A stretch of 24,000 bases of DNA from an uncultured Emergencia sp. (lineage in GTDB: Bacteria; Bacillota; Clostridia; Peptostreptococcales; Anaerovoracaceae), in assembly GCA_965146355.1 (NCBI GenBank), contig CBCTFZ010000002.1, positions 1 to 24,000 on the forward strand, in the 5' to 3' direction. Shown here one piece after another: positions 6,450 to 14,473 of the stretch (within the stretch, counting starts at the first letter, position 1; each line of letters starts with the position of its first letter). A program made the position numbers and the translations under genes. The notes below the pieces were generated by a model. The model saw nothing but the letters and a program-made list of their open reading frames with translations, did not search any database and was not told the DNA's origin.

Positions 6450-7856
6450 ATGGGAAATTTCATAGACTCATTGGTTGCTGTTACAGGAGATATCAGCGAT
6501 TGGCTTTACAGTAACCTGCTGTTTTGGGTGTTAATTGTTGTAGGCATCTTTTTTACTCTGCGCACCGGATTTGTGCAGATTAGACTGTTTCCTGAAGGAA
6601 TCAGAGTTTTGACAGAAAAGAGTCATGACGGAGGGATTTCATCTTTTCAGGCGCTGATGATTGCCACCGCCTCCAGAGTGGGAACCGGCAACATTGCCGG
6701 AATTGCCACAGCCATTGTTTCCGGCGGACCGGGCGCGGTATTCTGGATGTGGATTATGGCTATTATCGGCGGTGCGTCCGCCTTTGTAGAGTCTACTCTG
6801 GCGCAGATTTATAAGCGCAAGGACGGAGAAATCTTTAAGGGAGGCCCTGCCTATTATATAGAGCGGGCCATGAACGCCAGATGGCTTGGTATTATCTTTG
6901 CGATTATGCTGATTCTGACCTTCGCCTTTGGCTTTAACGGACTGCAGGCGTACAACATCGCTTCTTCCCTGGAGCACTACGCAGGGGATAACTATGCTAC
7001 GGCAGCCATGGTTACGGGCGTTGTTCTTGCCGCAATCTCGGCATTTCTGTTTTTCGGCGGCGCACATAAAATCAGCGTGGTATCTTCCGTTATCGTGCCG
7101 GTCATGGCTGCAGTGTACATCCTCATCGGCTTAATTATCACCTTTGCGCATATTGGGGAGATTCCTGCTATTTTCGGCATGATTTTCAGAGAAGCCTTTG
7201 ACTTCGAAGCAATTTTCGGCGGTTTTGCAGGGTCCTGTATGGTATGGGGCGTAAAGAGGGGCCTTTTCAGCAACGAAGCCGGTATGGGTTCCGCTCCTAA
7301 TGCGGCTGCTGCTGCCGATGTAAGCCACCCGGTTAAGCAGGGTCTGGTACAGGTTATCTCTGTTTTCATCGACACCATTATCATCTGCTCTACCACAGTG
7401 TTTATCGTGCTGTGCACGGGCAAATATACGGTAGGCGGTACGCTGGACGGTATTCCTCTCGTACAGGAATCCGTAAAATCCATGTTCGGTGAAGTGGGCG
7501 TAGGGATTATCACAGTATCGGTTGCCCTGTTTGCCTTTACATCCCTCATCGGAAATTATTTCTATGCTGAGTTCAATGTAAAGTTTATCAGCGAAAACAA
7601 GGTCTTCATGACAGTTTTCAGGCTTTTGGCGGTGGTCATGGTATTTATCGGCGCCAATTCAGATCTGAAGCTGGCCTGGAATATGGCCGATATTCTGATG
7701 GGCGGCATGGCCCTTGTAAACATCATCGCTCTGTTCTGCCTGGGAGGCATTGCAGTGAAAGCCATGAACGATTACATCGACCAGAAAAAAGAGGGAAAGA
7801 ATCCTGTGTTCAAGGCTGCCAATATCGGTCTGCATAATACGGATGTCTGGAAATAA
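6450..7856 (+). CDS. Alanine/glycine:cation (Na+) symporter, AGCS family
   Basis: …SSFQALMIATASRVGTGNIAGIATAIVSGGPGAVFWMW… is the AGCS signature region. The protein is about 468 aa and polytopic. The ATG at 6450 lies 8 nt after AGGAG; a GTG at 6447 is an alternative start. Confidence 0.9.
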   Translation: MGNFIDSLVAVTGDISDWLYSNLLFWVLIVVGIFFTLRTGFVQIRLFPEGIRVLTEKSHDGGISSFQALMIATASRVGTGNIAGIATAIVSGGPGAVFWMWIMAIIGGASAFVESTLAQIYKRKDGEIFKGGPAYYIERAMNARWLGIIFAIMLILTFAFGFNGLQAYNIASSLEHYAGDNYATAAMVTGVVLAAISAFLFFGGAHKISVVSSVIVPVMAAVYILIGLIITFAHIGEIPAIFGMIFREAFDFEAIFGGFAGSCMVWGVKRGLFSNEAGMGSAPNAAAAADVSHPVKQGLVQVISVFIDTIIICSTTVFIVLCTGKYTVGGTLDGIPLVQESVKSMFGEVGVGIITVSVALFAFTSLIGNYFYAEFNVKFISENKVFMTVFRLLAVVMVFIGANSDLKLAWNMADILMGGMALVNIIALFCLGGIAVKAMNDYIDQKKEGKNPVFKAANIGLHNTDVWK

Positions 7857-7873
7857 AAGAATTACCGGAAGGG

Positions 7874-7919
7874 GCTACCTGCGTTAACTGTTTTTTCGTT
7901 AACGCAGGTAGCTTTTTTT
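7874..7919 (+). terminator. Intrinsic terminator
   Basis: A perfect 15-bp stem, gctacctgcgttaac (7874-7888) / gttaacgcaggtagc (7898-7912), is followed by T7 (7913-7919). Confidence 0.85.
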
Positions 7920-7977
7920 CTATTTTCTTTCTAAATGGAAAATGAAAGTTAACCTCAATAACCAGAAAACCAAAAAA

Positions 7978-8201
7978 CATGTATAACTCTTTTCCTCGCT
8001 CCAAGGTGACAGTTATACACGTTTTATTATTTTCACTGAACTTATGTATAAATTGCACCAATTGGTGGGCTGTTCTGCCCCTTTCGTGCCCATTTATATG
8101 CAAGTTTACTGCGTCTGCTGTATTCTGATTGGCTTCGAGTTATACATATTTTCATCAAAACCTGGGAGTTATGTATAATTGCGGTGATTTTTTTATACAT
8201 A
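7978..8201. repeat. Array of six copies of the motif yrTGTATAAm in alternating orientation
   Basis: The core TGTATAA occurs at 7980-7986, 8045-8051 and 8172-8178. Its complement TTATACA occurs at 8013-8019, 8140-8146 and 8193-8199. All six were read directly from the sequence. Confidence 0.6.
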
Positions 8202-8255
8202 TATTTGAAATTTACAGGCAAAAAGGTTAACTCCTCACCAACCTTCATTCTTGTC

Positions 8256-8284
8256 TTGCATTGGAACGGCAGGAGGCATATAAT
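8256..8284 (+). promoter_or_regulatory. Promoter of the DMT/isochorismatase operon
   Basis: TTGCAT (8256-8261)-17 nt-TATAAT (8279-8284), about 35 nt upstream of the ATG at 8320. Confidence 0.55.
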
Positions 8285-8319
8285 AGTGCGGGAAGATTTT
8301 TTCAAGAAGAGGCAAAAAT

Positions 8320-9282
8320 ATGGATAAGAAAAAAGGTTACCTTTGTATATTCGTGACAACGATTTTGTTCAGCTCTATGGAAATTGTGCTGAAGCTGTCA
8401 GCCGGAGAGTTTAATCCTGTTCAGATTACCATGGAACGGTTTTTGGTTGGCGGCCTGCTGCTGATTCCCTTTGCAGTATCGGCGCTCCGCAAGCGGAACC
8501 GGAAACTTGCAGCATCTGATTTCAAGTGGTTTGTGCTGCTGGGATTTGTGGGGGTTCTCGCCAGCATGACGTTCTACCAGCTTTCTATTTTACATATAGA
8601 GGCGTCCAGGGTGGCCGTGCTGTTCAGCAGCAACCCTCTCTTTGTGGCCGTCTTTGCGGTTCTTCTGCTGAAAGAACCGATGTACAAACATAAGGCCGCC
8701 GCAATTATAGGAGAACTGCTGGGCGTGGTCTTTATTGTGCAGCCTTGGCAGAAAGGCCTGAACGTCACCGGCGTAGCCATGGCGCTGACTGCAGGACTTC
8801 TTTTCGCACTGTACAGCGTACTTGGGAAAGAAGAAAGCCGGAAACTGGGCGGCGTCACCCTGACCTGCGGCAGCTTTCTCTTTGGAAGCATAGAGATGAT
8901 GGCGCTGGCAGGTCTGAGCCACGTGGATGGAGTTGCAAGCTATTTGCAGGGTCACGGGCTGAGCACCTTTGCCAATATTCCTTTTATAGAGGGCTTCAAC
9001 TGGACCAGCCTGGGGCATTTTCTGTATGTGGCGGTCTTTGTGACCGGTGTGGGATACGCCCTGTACTTCGTGGCGATGGAATATGTATCGGCACAGGAAG
9101 TTTCCATGGTGTTTTTCTTTAAACCGGTGCTGGCATCTGTGGCGGCAGCCGTGATTTTGGGAGACGAAATTCCTCTGCCGATGATGATAGGAATTGGTCT
9201 GATTCTGACCGGGTCCTTTATTTCCATGTACGGAGACCGAAGGCTGGAAGCCGCAGTAACGATAACGGAGGGAAACAGATGA
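8320..9282 (+). CDS. DMT-superfamily (EamA-type) transporter
   Basis: 320 aa, 10-TM-like, with two EamA-like halves (…TILFSSMEIVLKL… and …LFALYSVLGKE…). Confidence 0.85.
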   Translation: MDKKKGYLCIFVTTILFSSMEIVLKLSAGEFNPVQITMERFLVGGLLLIPFAVSALRKRNRKLAASDFKWFVLLGFVGVLASMTFYQLSILHIEASRVAVLFSSNPLFVAVFAVLLLKEPMYKHKAAAIIGELLGVVFIVQPWQKGLNVTGVAMALTAGLLFALYSVLGKEESRKLGGVTLTCGSFLFGSIEMMALAGLSHVDGVASYLQGHGLSTFANIPFIEGFNWTSLGHFLYVAVFVTGVGYALYFVAMEYVSAQEVSMVFFFKPVLASVAAAVILGDEIPLPMMIGIGLILTGSFISMYGDRRLEAAVTITEGNR

Positions 9283-9842
9283 GTATCTTTAATGAAAAAA
9301 CAGCGTTGATTATCATCGACATGCAGAAAGCTTTTGTAGAGCCCGGGGCTGCTCACTGCATTGCGGGAGCTAAGGCTACAGTGCCGGCCTGCGCGGAAAC
9401 CGTCAAAGAAGCCAGAGCTGCAGGCTCGCCGGTTTTCTGGGTAAAACGTCAATATCTGCCTGACGGCAGCGATGTGGAATTTACCAGGAGAGAGGCCTGG
9501 CTGAAGGGCGGCAGAACCATGGCTCCCGGTTCCACCGGCATAAACAGTGAAGAGCTGGCAGAGGGCCTTTCCGCAGAGCCCGGGGACTATCATATCATCA
9601 AACCTCGGTGGAGTGGCTTTTTTCAGACTAAGCTGGATATGATGCTGCGCCGTCTGAAGGTGGATACAGTGGTGCTGATTGGAACCACCACCCCAAACTG
9701 CGTCCGCACCACTTGCTATGACGCAATCGCTTTGGACTACGAGACGGTGATTATTGAGAGGTGCTGTTCTTCTCAGACTGAAGAAATCCAGAAAGCCAAT
9801 ATGCTGGATATGGAGCGCATCGGGGCTAAAATTATCTGGTAA
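9279..9842 (+). CDS. Isochorismatase-family cysteine hydrolase
   Basis: ALIIIDMQKAF (catalytic Asp region) and VVLIGTTTPNCVRTT (nucleophile Cys region) are both present. The start overlaps the upstream stop as ATGA. Confidence 0.88.
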   Translation: MSIFNEKTALIIIDMQKAFVEPGAAHCIAGAKATVPACAETVKEARAAGSPVFWVKRQYLPDGSDVEFTRREAWLKGGRTMAPGSTGINSEELAEGLSAEPGDYHIIKPRWSGFFQTKLDMMLRRLKVDTVVLIGTTTPNCVRTTCYDAIALDYETVIIERCCSSQTEEIQKANMLDMERIGAKIIW

Positions 9843-9867
9843 AAGTGCGGTTTTTTTGTGAAAGCAG

Positions 9868-9896
9868 TTGGCAAAGGGCCCGCAAAGGTGTATAAT
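9868..9896 (+). promoter_or_regulatory. Promoter of the thi operon leader
   Basis: TTGGCA (9868-9873)-17 nt-TATAAT (9891-9896), immediately upstream of the riboswitch. Confidence 0.55.
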
Positions 9897-9907
9897 GTCG
9901 GTAGAAT

Positions 9908-10000
9908 TAGAGCAAGGGGAGCTTGCGGCAGCAGGCTGAGAGTAAGCTAATGCGCTTAGACCCGTAACCTGATTTGGATAATGCCAACGTAGGGAAATAT
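9908..10000 (+). promoter_or_regulatory. TPP (THI-box) riboswitch aptamer
   Basis: The conserved elements are all present: …GGGGAGC…GCUGAGA…ACCCGUAACCUGAUUUGGAUAAUGCCAACGUAGGGAA. The element sits directly upstream of thiM. Confidence 0.92.
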
Positions 10001-10014
10001 GCTGAGAAACAATA

Positions 10015-10061
10015 AGCTGTGTATTTGCTGTATTTGGCAGATACACGGCTTTTATATTTTT
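10015..10061 (+). terminator. Riboswitch expression-platform terminator
   Basis: The stem agctgtgtatttgc (10015-10028) / gcagatacacggct (10037-10050) contains two G-U pairs and is followed by TTTATATTTTT. Confidence 0.75.
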
Positions 10062-10098
10062 GCAGCAGCTTCTACAGAGGAGAAAGGAAGAGAGAAAA

Positions 10099-10920
10099 GT
10101 GTTAAAAAAAATCTTTGACAATCTGAGGGCAAAGGGAGCTCTTGTGCACAACATCACTAACTACGTTACGGTCAACGATGTAGCCAACATTCTGCTGGCT
10201 TGCGGAGGCAGCCCTATCATGTCCGACGATATCGACGACGCGCCGGAAATCACCGCCATCTGCGGCGGACTCAACATCAATATCGGCACGTTGAATCACA
10301 GGACGATTCCGGCCATGTTTGCCGCCGGCAAAAAGGCCAGGGAATTGGGTCACAAAATTCTGCTGGACCCGGTAGGCGCGGGAGCAAGCAAGCTGAGAAC
10401 GGAAACTGCTGTAAAGCTTATGGAGGAAGTAGGCTTTGATGTTATCAGAGGAAACATTTCTGAAATCAAGACCCTGGCAACGGGCAGCGGTACCACCAAA
10501 GGTGTAGACGCCGATGTGGCCGACGCGGTGACGGAGGAATCCCTTGATAAAGCCGTCGCCTTTGCGAAAGCTTTTGCGAAAGAGTCAGGCAGCATTGTGG
10601 CTGTTACCGGCGCCATCGACTTGGTAGCGGATGCAGACACCTGCTATGTGATAAGAAACGGAAGAGCGGAGATGGGGCTGATTACCGGAACCGGCTGCCA
10701 GCTTTCGGGCATGATGACCGCATTTCTGACGGCCAATCCCGGCCATGAGCTTGAGGCTGCCGCAGCCGCTGTATGCGCCATGGGACTTGCGGGAGAGATA
10801 GGCTGGGCCAATATGCAGCCCGGCGATGGAAATTCCACCTACAGGAACAGAATCATCGACGCAATCTACAATATGGACGGAGAACAGCTTGCGGAGGGAG
10901 CCCGCTATGAAATTAGATAA
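10099..10920 (+). CDS. thiM: Hydroxyethylthiazole kinase
   Basis: …VHNITNYVTVNDVANILLACGGSPIMSDD… and …GTGCQLSGMMTAF… are ThiM hallmarks. I chose the GTG at 10099, which follows AAGGAAG. The TTG at 10060 in the ORF track lies inside the terminator U-tract. Confidence 0.9.
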   Translation: MLKKIFDNLRAKGALVHNITNYVTVNDVANILLACGGSPIMSDDIDDAPEITAICGGLNINIGTLNHRTIPAMFAAGKKARELGHKILLDPVGAGASKLRTETAVKLMEEVGFDVIRGNISEIKTLATGSGTTKGVDADVADAVTEESLDKAVAFAKAFAKESGSIVAVTGAIDLVADADTCYVIRNGRAEMGLITGTGCQLSGMMTAFLTANPGHELEAAAAAVCAMGLAGEIGWANMQPGDGNSTYRNRIIDAIYNMDGEQLAEGARYEIR

Positions 10921-11548
10921 AGAAAGGCTGCTGCTTTACGCGGTTACTGACCGGCACTGGCTTGGAGAAGAGACCCTTGGCAGCCAGGTGGAAAAGGCCC
11001 TGCGGGGCGGCGCCACCTTTGTACAGCTGCGGGAAAAGACTTTGGACGAGGAGACTTTTCTTGCGGAAGCAAGAGAGATACAGGCTCTCTGCAGCCGGTA
11101 TGCCGTGCCTTTTGTAATCAACGACAATGTGGGGATTGCGGTGGAAATCGGAGCCGACGGCGTTCACGTGGGACAAAATGACATGGAGGCCGGTGATGTG
11201 CGGGCCGCAATAGGACCGGACAAAATCCTGGGGGTTTCCGTCCAAACCGTGGAGCAGGCCCTTCTGGCCAGGGAAAGAGGAGCAGACTATCTGGGCGTAG
11301 GCGCCGTATTTCCTACAGGTTCTAAGGACGACGCTGTGGAGGTGAACCACGAGACGCTGCAGGCAATCTGTCGGGCTGTTGATATTCCGGTTATCGCCAT
11401 CGGCGGGATTTCCCGGGAAAACGTGGGTGAACTTGCAGGAAACGGGCTTTGCGGAATCGCAGTTATCAGCGCGATTTTCGGCGCCGGTGATATTGAAGCT
11501 GCAACTCGCCAATTAAAAAAGCTGACGAAAGAGATGGTAGAAAAATAA
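10907..11548 (+). CDS. thiE: Thiamine-phosphate synthase
   Basis: MKLDKERLLLYAVTDRHW…ATFVQLREK…GADGVHVGQND…ADYLGVGAVFPT…PVIAIGGI is the classic ThiE pattern. The ATG at 10907 follows GGAGGGA and overlaps the thiM end by 14 nt. Confidence 0.9.
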   Translation: MKLDKERLLLYAVTDRHWLGEETLGSQVEKALRGGATFVQLREKTLDEETFLAEAREIQALCSRYAVPFVINDNVGIAVEIGADGVHVGQNDMEAGDVRAAIGPDKILGVSVQTVEQALLARERGADYLGVGAVFPTGSKDDAVEVNHETLQAICRAVDIPVIAIGGISRENVGELAGNGLCGIAVISAIFGAGDIEAATRQLKKLTKEMVEK

Positions 11549-12204
11549 TGGCAATCAAAGGAGTCATTTTTGATGTGGACGGCGTGCTTCTGGACACCAT
11601 GCACGTCTGGACTGACGCAGGGGCCAGGTATCTGGCCGGACTGGGAAAGGAAGCCGAACCCAGACTGGGAGATAAGCTTTTTACGATGACCGTGGATATG
11701 GGTGCGGTCTATCTGAAAGAGCATTACGGCCTGACGCAGTCTGTGCCGGAAATCACCAGGGGCGTCAACGGCGTGGTGGAGGATTACTATTACCACCATG
11801 CGGATTTCAAACCGGGCGCCAGAGAGCTTTTAGAAGAACTGAAGGCTGCGGGTATTCCTATGACCATTGCCAGTTCCACGGCCCGCCGGTACATTCTGGC
11901 CGCCATGGAAAGGCTTGGCTGCGCCGACTATTTTCAGGCGGTTCTCAGCTGTGTAGAATATGAGACCAGCAAATCGGAGCCGATGATTTTCTTTGAGGCG
12001 ATGAAAGTGATGGGCACAAGTCCCGACGAAACCTGGCTCTTTGAGGACGGCCTGTACTCTGTCAAAACCGCCCGGGCGGCAGGCCTGAAAACCGTAGGCG
12101 TTTACGACGCAGTCAGCTCCCATGAGCAGGAGGAACTGCAGGCCTTGGCGGATATTTACGTGAAGTCTCTGACGGAATTTACATTGACAGAGGGCCAGCT
12201 TTAA
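11548..12204 (+). CDS. HAD-IA family phosphatase, candidate thiamine-monophosphate phosphatase
   Basis: HAD motif I is present (IKGVIFDVDGVLLDT), followed by motifs II-IV. The gene is embedded between thiE and thiD with a TAATG junction. Confidence 0.85.
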   Translation: MAIKGVIFDVDGVLLDTMHVWTDAGARYLAGLGKEAEPRLGDKLFTMTVDMGAVYLKEHYGLTQSVPEITRGVNGVVEDYYYHHADFKPGARELLEELKAAGIPMTIASSTARRYILAAMERLGCADYFQAVLSCVEYETSKSEPMIFFEAMKVMGTSPDETWLFEDGLYSVKTARAAGLKTVGVYDAVSSHEQEELQALADIYVKSLTEFTLTEGQL

Positions 12205-12307
12205 GCCGGCTAAGGCTGAACAAAGTAAGTATAGAATAAGATATTGTAAAGCGGCTGACCGGGGGCACCACTTTCAGTCGCTATAGAAAAGTCAAGTGAG
12301 GTAAAAA

Positions 12308-13123
12308 ATGAAAAAACACACAGCATTGACAATCGCAGGAAGCGATTCCTGCGGAGGCGCCGGCATTCAGGCAGATATTAAGACCATGACCGTCAATGGC
12401 GTATACGCCATGAGCGCGGTCACGGCTCTTACTGCCCAGAACACGACCGGCGTAACAGACATCATGGATGTGACGCCGGAATTTTTGGCGGCACAACTGG
12501 ACGCAATCTTTACGGATATCGTTCCGGAGGCAGTAAAAATCGGCATGGTTTCCTCCAGAGAAATTATCAAAACCATTGCTGCCAAGCTGCGGGAATACGA
12601 CGCGGAGAATATCGTTCTGGACCCTGTTATGGTGGCTACCAGCGGCGCGAAGCTGATTTCCGACGATGCGGTTTCGTCTCTGTGCCGGGAACTGATCCCC
12701 CTGGCAAAGGTCATCACACCAAACCTTCCCGAAGCAGAGGTCCTCTGCGGTCACACCATTGAAACCGCTTCCGATATGGAAAAGGCAGCGGCGGAAATTT
12801 ATGAGAAATATGGCTGCTGCGTGCTGCTGAAAGGCGGACACCAGGTCAACGACGCCAACGATTTGCTCTATGACGGGAAGTCTGCAAGATGGTTCTGCGG
12901 TAAGCGGATTGACAACCCCAATACCCACGGAACCGGCTGCACCCTTTCCAGCGCCATTGCTGCAAATCTGGCCAAAGGCTATGAGCTGGAAGCAGCTGTG
13001 GAGAAGGGGAAAGCGTATATTTCCGGCGCCTTGAGCGCCATGCTGGACCTGGGAAAGGGCAGCGGCCCTATGGACCACGCCTTCTTCATTTCTTCGGAGG
13101 AAGGAGGCTGCGGCGATGAATAA
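12308..13123 (+). CDS. thiD: Hydroxymethylpyrimidine/phosphomethylpyrimidine kinase
   Basis: ALTIAGSDSCGGAGIQADIKT…VLDPVMVATSG…NTHGTGCTLSSAIAA are ThiD hallmarks. Confidence 0.92.
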   Translation: MKKHTALTIAGSDSCGGAGIQADIKTMTVNGVYAMSAVTALTAQNTTGVTDIMDVTPEFLAAQLDAIFTDIVPEAVKIGMVSSREIIKTIAAKLREYDAENIVLDPVMVATSGAKLISDDAVSSLCRELIPLAKVITPNLPEAEVLCGHTIETASDMEKAAAEIYEKYGCCVLLKGGHQVNDANDLLYDGKSARWFCGKRIDNPNTHGTGCTLSSAIAANLAKGYELEAAVEKGKAYISGALSAMLDLGKGSGPMDHAFFISSEEGGCGDE

Positions 13124-14291
13124 CAAGAGAACATCTGTATTTGCAAACAGTTTAATCTGGTTCGGCGCAGGGGTTTCCATTGCGGAAATTCTGACCGGAA
13201 CGTATTTTGCGCCTTTAGGTCTTGCCAAAGGATTGCAGGCCATTTTTATCGGACATGTCATCGGCTGCGTCATGCTGTTTCTGGCCGGTTATATCGGCGC
13301 TCAGTCAAGGCGCAGTGCCATGGAAACGACGAAGATGAGTTTTGGCTTCAGAGGAGGACTGCTCTTTGCCTTCCTCAACGTGCTGCAGCTGGTAGGCTGG
13401 ACCGCCATTATGATTTATGACGGGGCCCTTGCCGCAAACGGTGTTATGGATACCGGGGCATGGGTTTGGTGCATTGTCATCGGCGCGCTGATTATTCTCT
13501 GGATTTTAATTGGTATCACTAATCTGGGAAAAATCAATACAGTAGCTATGGCGGCTCTCTTTGTACTGACGCTGATTTTGTGCAAAGTTATCTTTTTCAG
13601 CGGCAACGGCGTAGTCACGGCAGAGGACGACAGCCTGTCCTTTGGCGCGGCAGTGGAGCTTGCTGTAGCCATGCCGCTGTCCTGGCTTCCTCTGATTAGC
13701 GATTATACCAGAGAAGCAGAAAAGCCTTTGGCCGCAACTTTGGCCAGCACAGTGGTATACGGTCTGGTAAGCTCATGGATGTACATAATCGGTATGGGCG
13801 CAGCTATTTTTACGGGAGAGTACGATATCGCGCAGATTATGGTAAAAGCGGGACTCGGCATTGCTGGACTTTTGATTGTAGTGTTCTCCACGGTAACCAC
13901 TACCTTCCTGGACGCCTGGTCTGCGGGTATTTCCAGCGAATCCATCTTCTCAAAAGCAAACGGCAAATGGATTGCAGTGGGAGTGACCCTGATTGGTACG
14001 GTTTGCGCCATTTTGTTCCCGATGGATGACATTACAGGGTTCCTGTATCTCATCGGTTCCGTATTTGCGCCGATGATTGCCATACTTATCGCTGACTTCT
14101 TCATTTTGAAGAGAGATTCCATGAAGGAAGCCTTTAACTGGGCCAATCTGGCCGTTTGGGCAGTGGGCTTCGTGCTGTATCGGTACTTGATGACCGTAGA
14201 CATTCCGTGCGGTAATACCCTGCCGGATATGCTGGTAACCCTGGTACTGGCAGTAATTGCAGGCAAGGTAATGAAGAAACAGCATAATTAA
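13116..14291 (+). CDS. cytX: NCS1-type permease, putative hydroxymethylpyrimidine transporter CytX
   Basis: 391 aa, 12-TM-like, with a CodB/NCS1-like N-terminus (…SLIWFGAGVSIAEILTG…). It overlaps thiD by 8 nt. CytX-type permeases are known members of THI regulons. Confidence 0.7.
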   Translation: MNNKRTSVFANSLIWFGAGVSIAEILTGTYFAPLGLAKGLQAIFIGHVIGCVMLFLAGYIGAQSRRSAMETTKMSFGFRGGLLFAFLNVLQLVGWTAIMIYDGALAANGVMDTGAWVWCIVIGALIILWILIGITNLGKINTVAMAALFVLTLILCKVIFFSGNGVVTAEDDSLSFGAAVELAVAMPLSWLPLISDYTREAEKPLAATLASTVVYGLVSSWMYIIGMGAAIFTGEYDIAQIMVKAGLGIAGLLIVVFSTVTTTFLDAWSAGISSESIFSKANGKWIAVGVTLIGTVCAILFPMDDITGFLYLIGSVFAPMIAILIADFFILKRDSMKEAFNWANLAVWAVGFVLYRYLMTVDIPCGNTLPDMLVTLVLAVIAGKVMKKQHN

Positions 14292-14352
14292 GAGGCGGTC
14301 AATAGAGTTTGGCTCCCTCACTGCAAAGCGGCAAAAATTAACTTCCGGGGTA

Positions 14353-14380
14353 TTCACAACGGAGTAAAAAGTGTTATAAT
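14353..14380 (+). promoter_or_regulatory. Possible promoter of the MFS gene
   Basis: TTCACA (14353-14358)-16 nt-TGtTATAAT (-10 at 14375-14380). Confidence 0.45.
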
Positions 14381-14397
14381 AACTCTGTATGATTTTA

Positions 14398-14460
14398 CGG
14401 CGGGTCGTCAGTCCGGCTGAGAAAGGGCCGGTTTGCCGGCTTCGCCGCAATTTTTGTGTT
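14398..14460 (+). terminator. GC-rich structured element followed by a U-tract (thi-operon terminator and/or attenuator of the MFS gene)
   Basis: The outer stem is cggcg (14398-14402) / cgccg (14443-14447). Inside it are three mutually complementary CCGGC/GCCGG blocks (14413-17, 14427-31, 14435-40), followed by CAATTTTTGTGTTT. Confidence 0.4.
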
Positions 14461-14473
14461 TCTCGGAGGCATT

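Noticed and set aside
8098-8178. A 26-codon hydrophobic ORF (MQVYCVCCILIGFELYIFSSKPGSYV) inside the motif-array intergenic region. The track ORFs 7810-8103 and 8042-8359 on the minus strand were considered alongside it.
   Set aside because: The small ORF has no RBS. The minus-strand ORFs run into flanking genes or the terminator and have junk-like composition.
10060-10098. Upstream ORF-track starts for several genes: thiM (TTG 10060), thiE (10826), the MFS gene (GTG 14456), the LUD gene (15686) and the zincin gene (TTG 2261).
   Set aside because: These starts lie inside terminator U-tracts or terminator hairpins, or inside the preceding gene, and they lack an RBS. Internal starts with good SD sequences give N-termini typical of each family.
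8952-10157. A 401-aa minus-strand ORF spanning the end of the DMT gene, the isochorismatase gene, the TPP riboswitch and the thiM start.
   Set aside because: It is a shadow ORF antisense to well-supported genes and to a riboswitch. The sequence is low-complexity and Ser/Pro/Cys/His-rich, with no RBS and no recognisable motif. The same reasoning applies to the other long antisense ORFs: 12281-13273, 4782-5471, 19588-20403, 16254-16898, 13703-14266, 6992-7549 and 10913-11512.
12205-12307. A possible second TPP riboswitch or internal regulatory element between the HAD gene and thiD.
   Set aside because: No CUGAGA…ACCUGAU…GGAUAAUGCC elements are present. There is only a weak 8-bp hairpin with a mismatch and no U-tract. 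It is most likely a plain intercistronic spacer.
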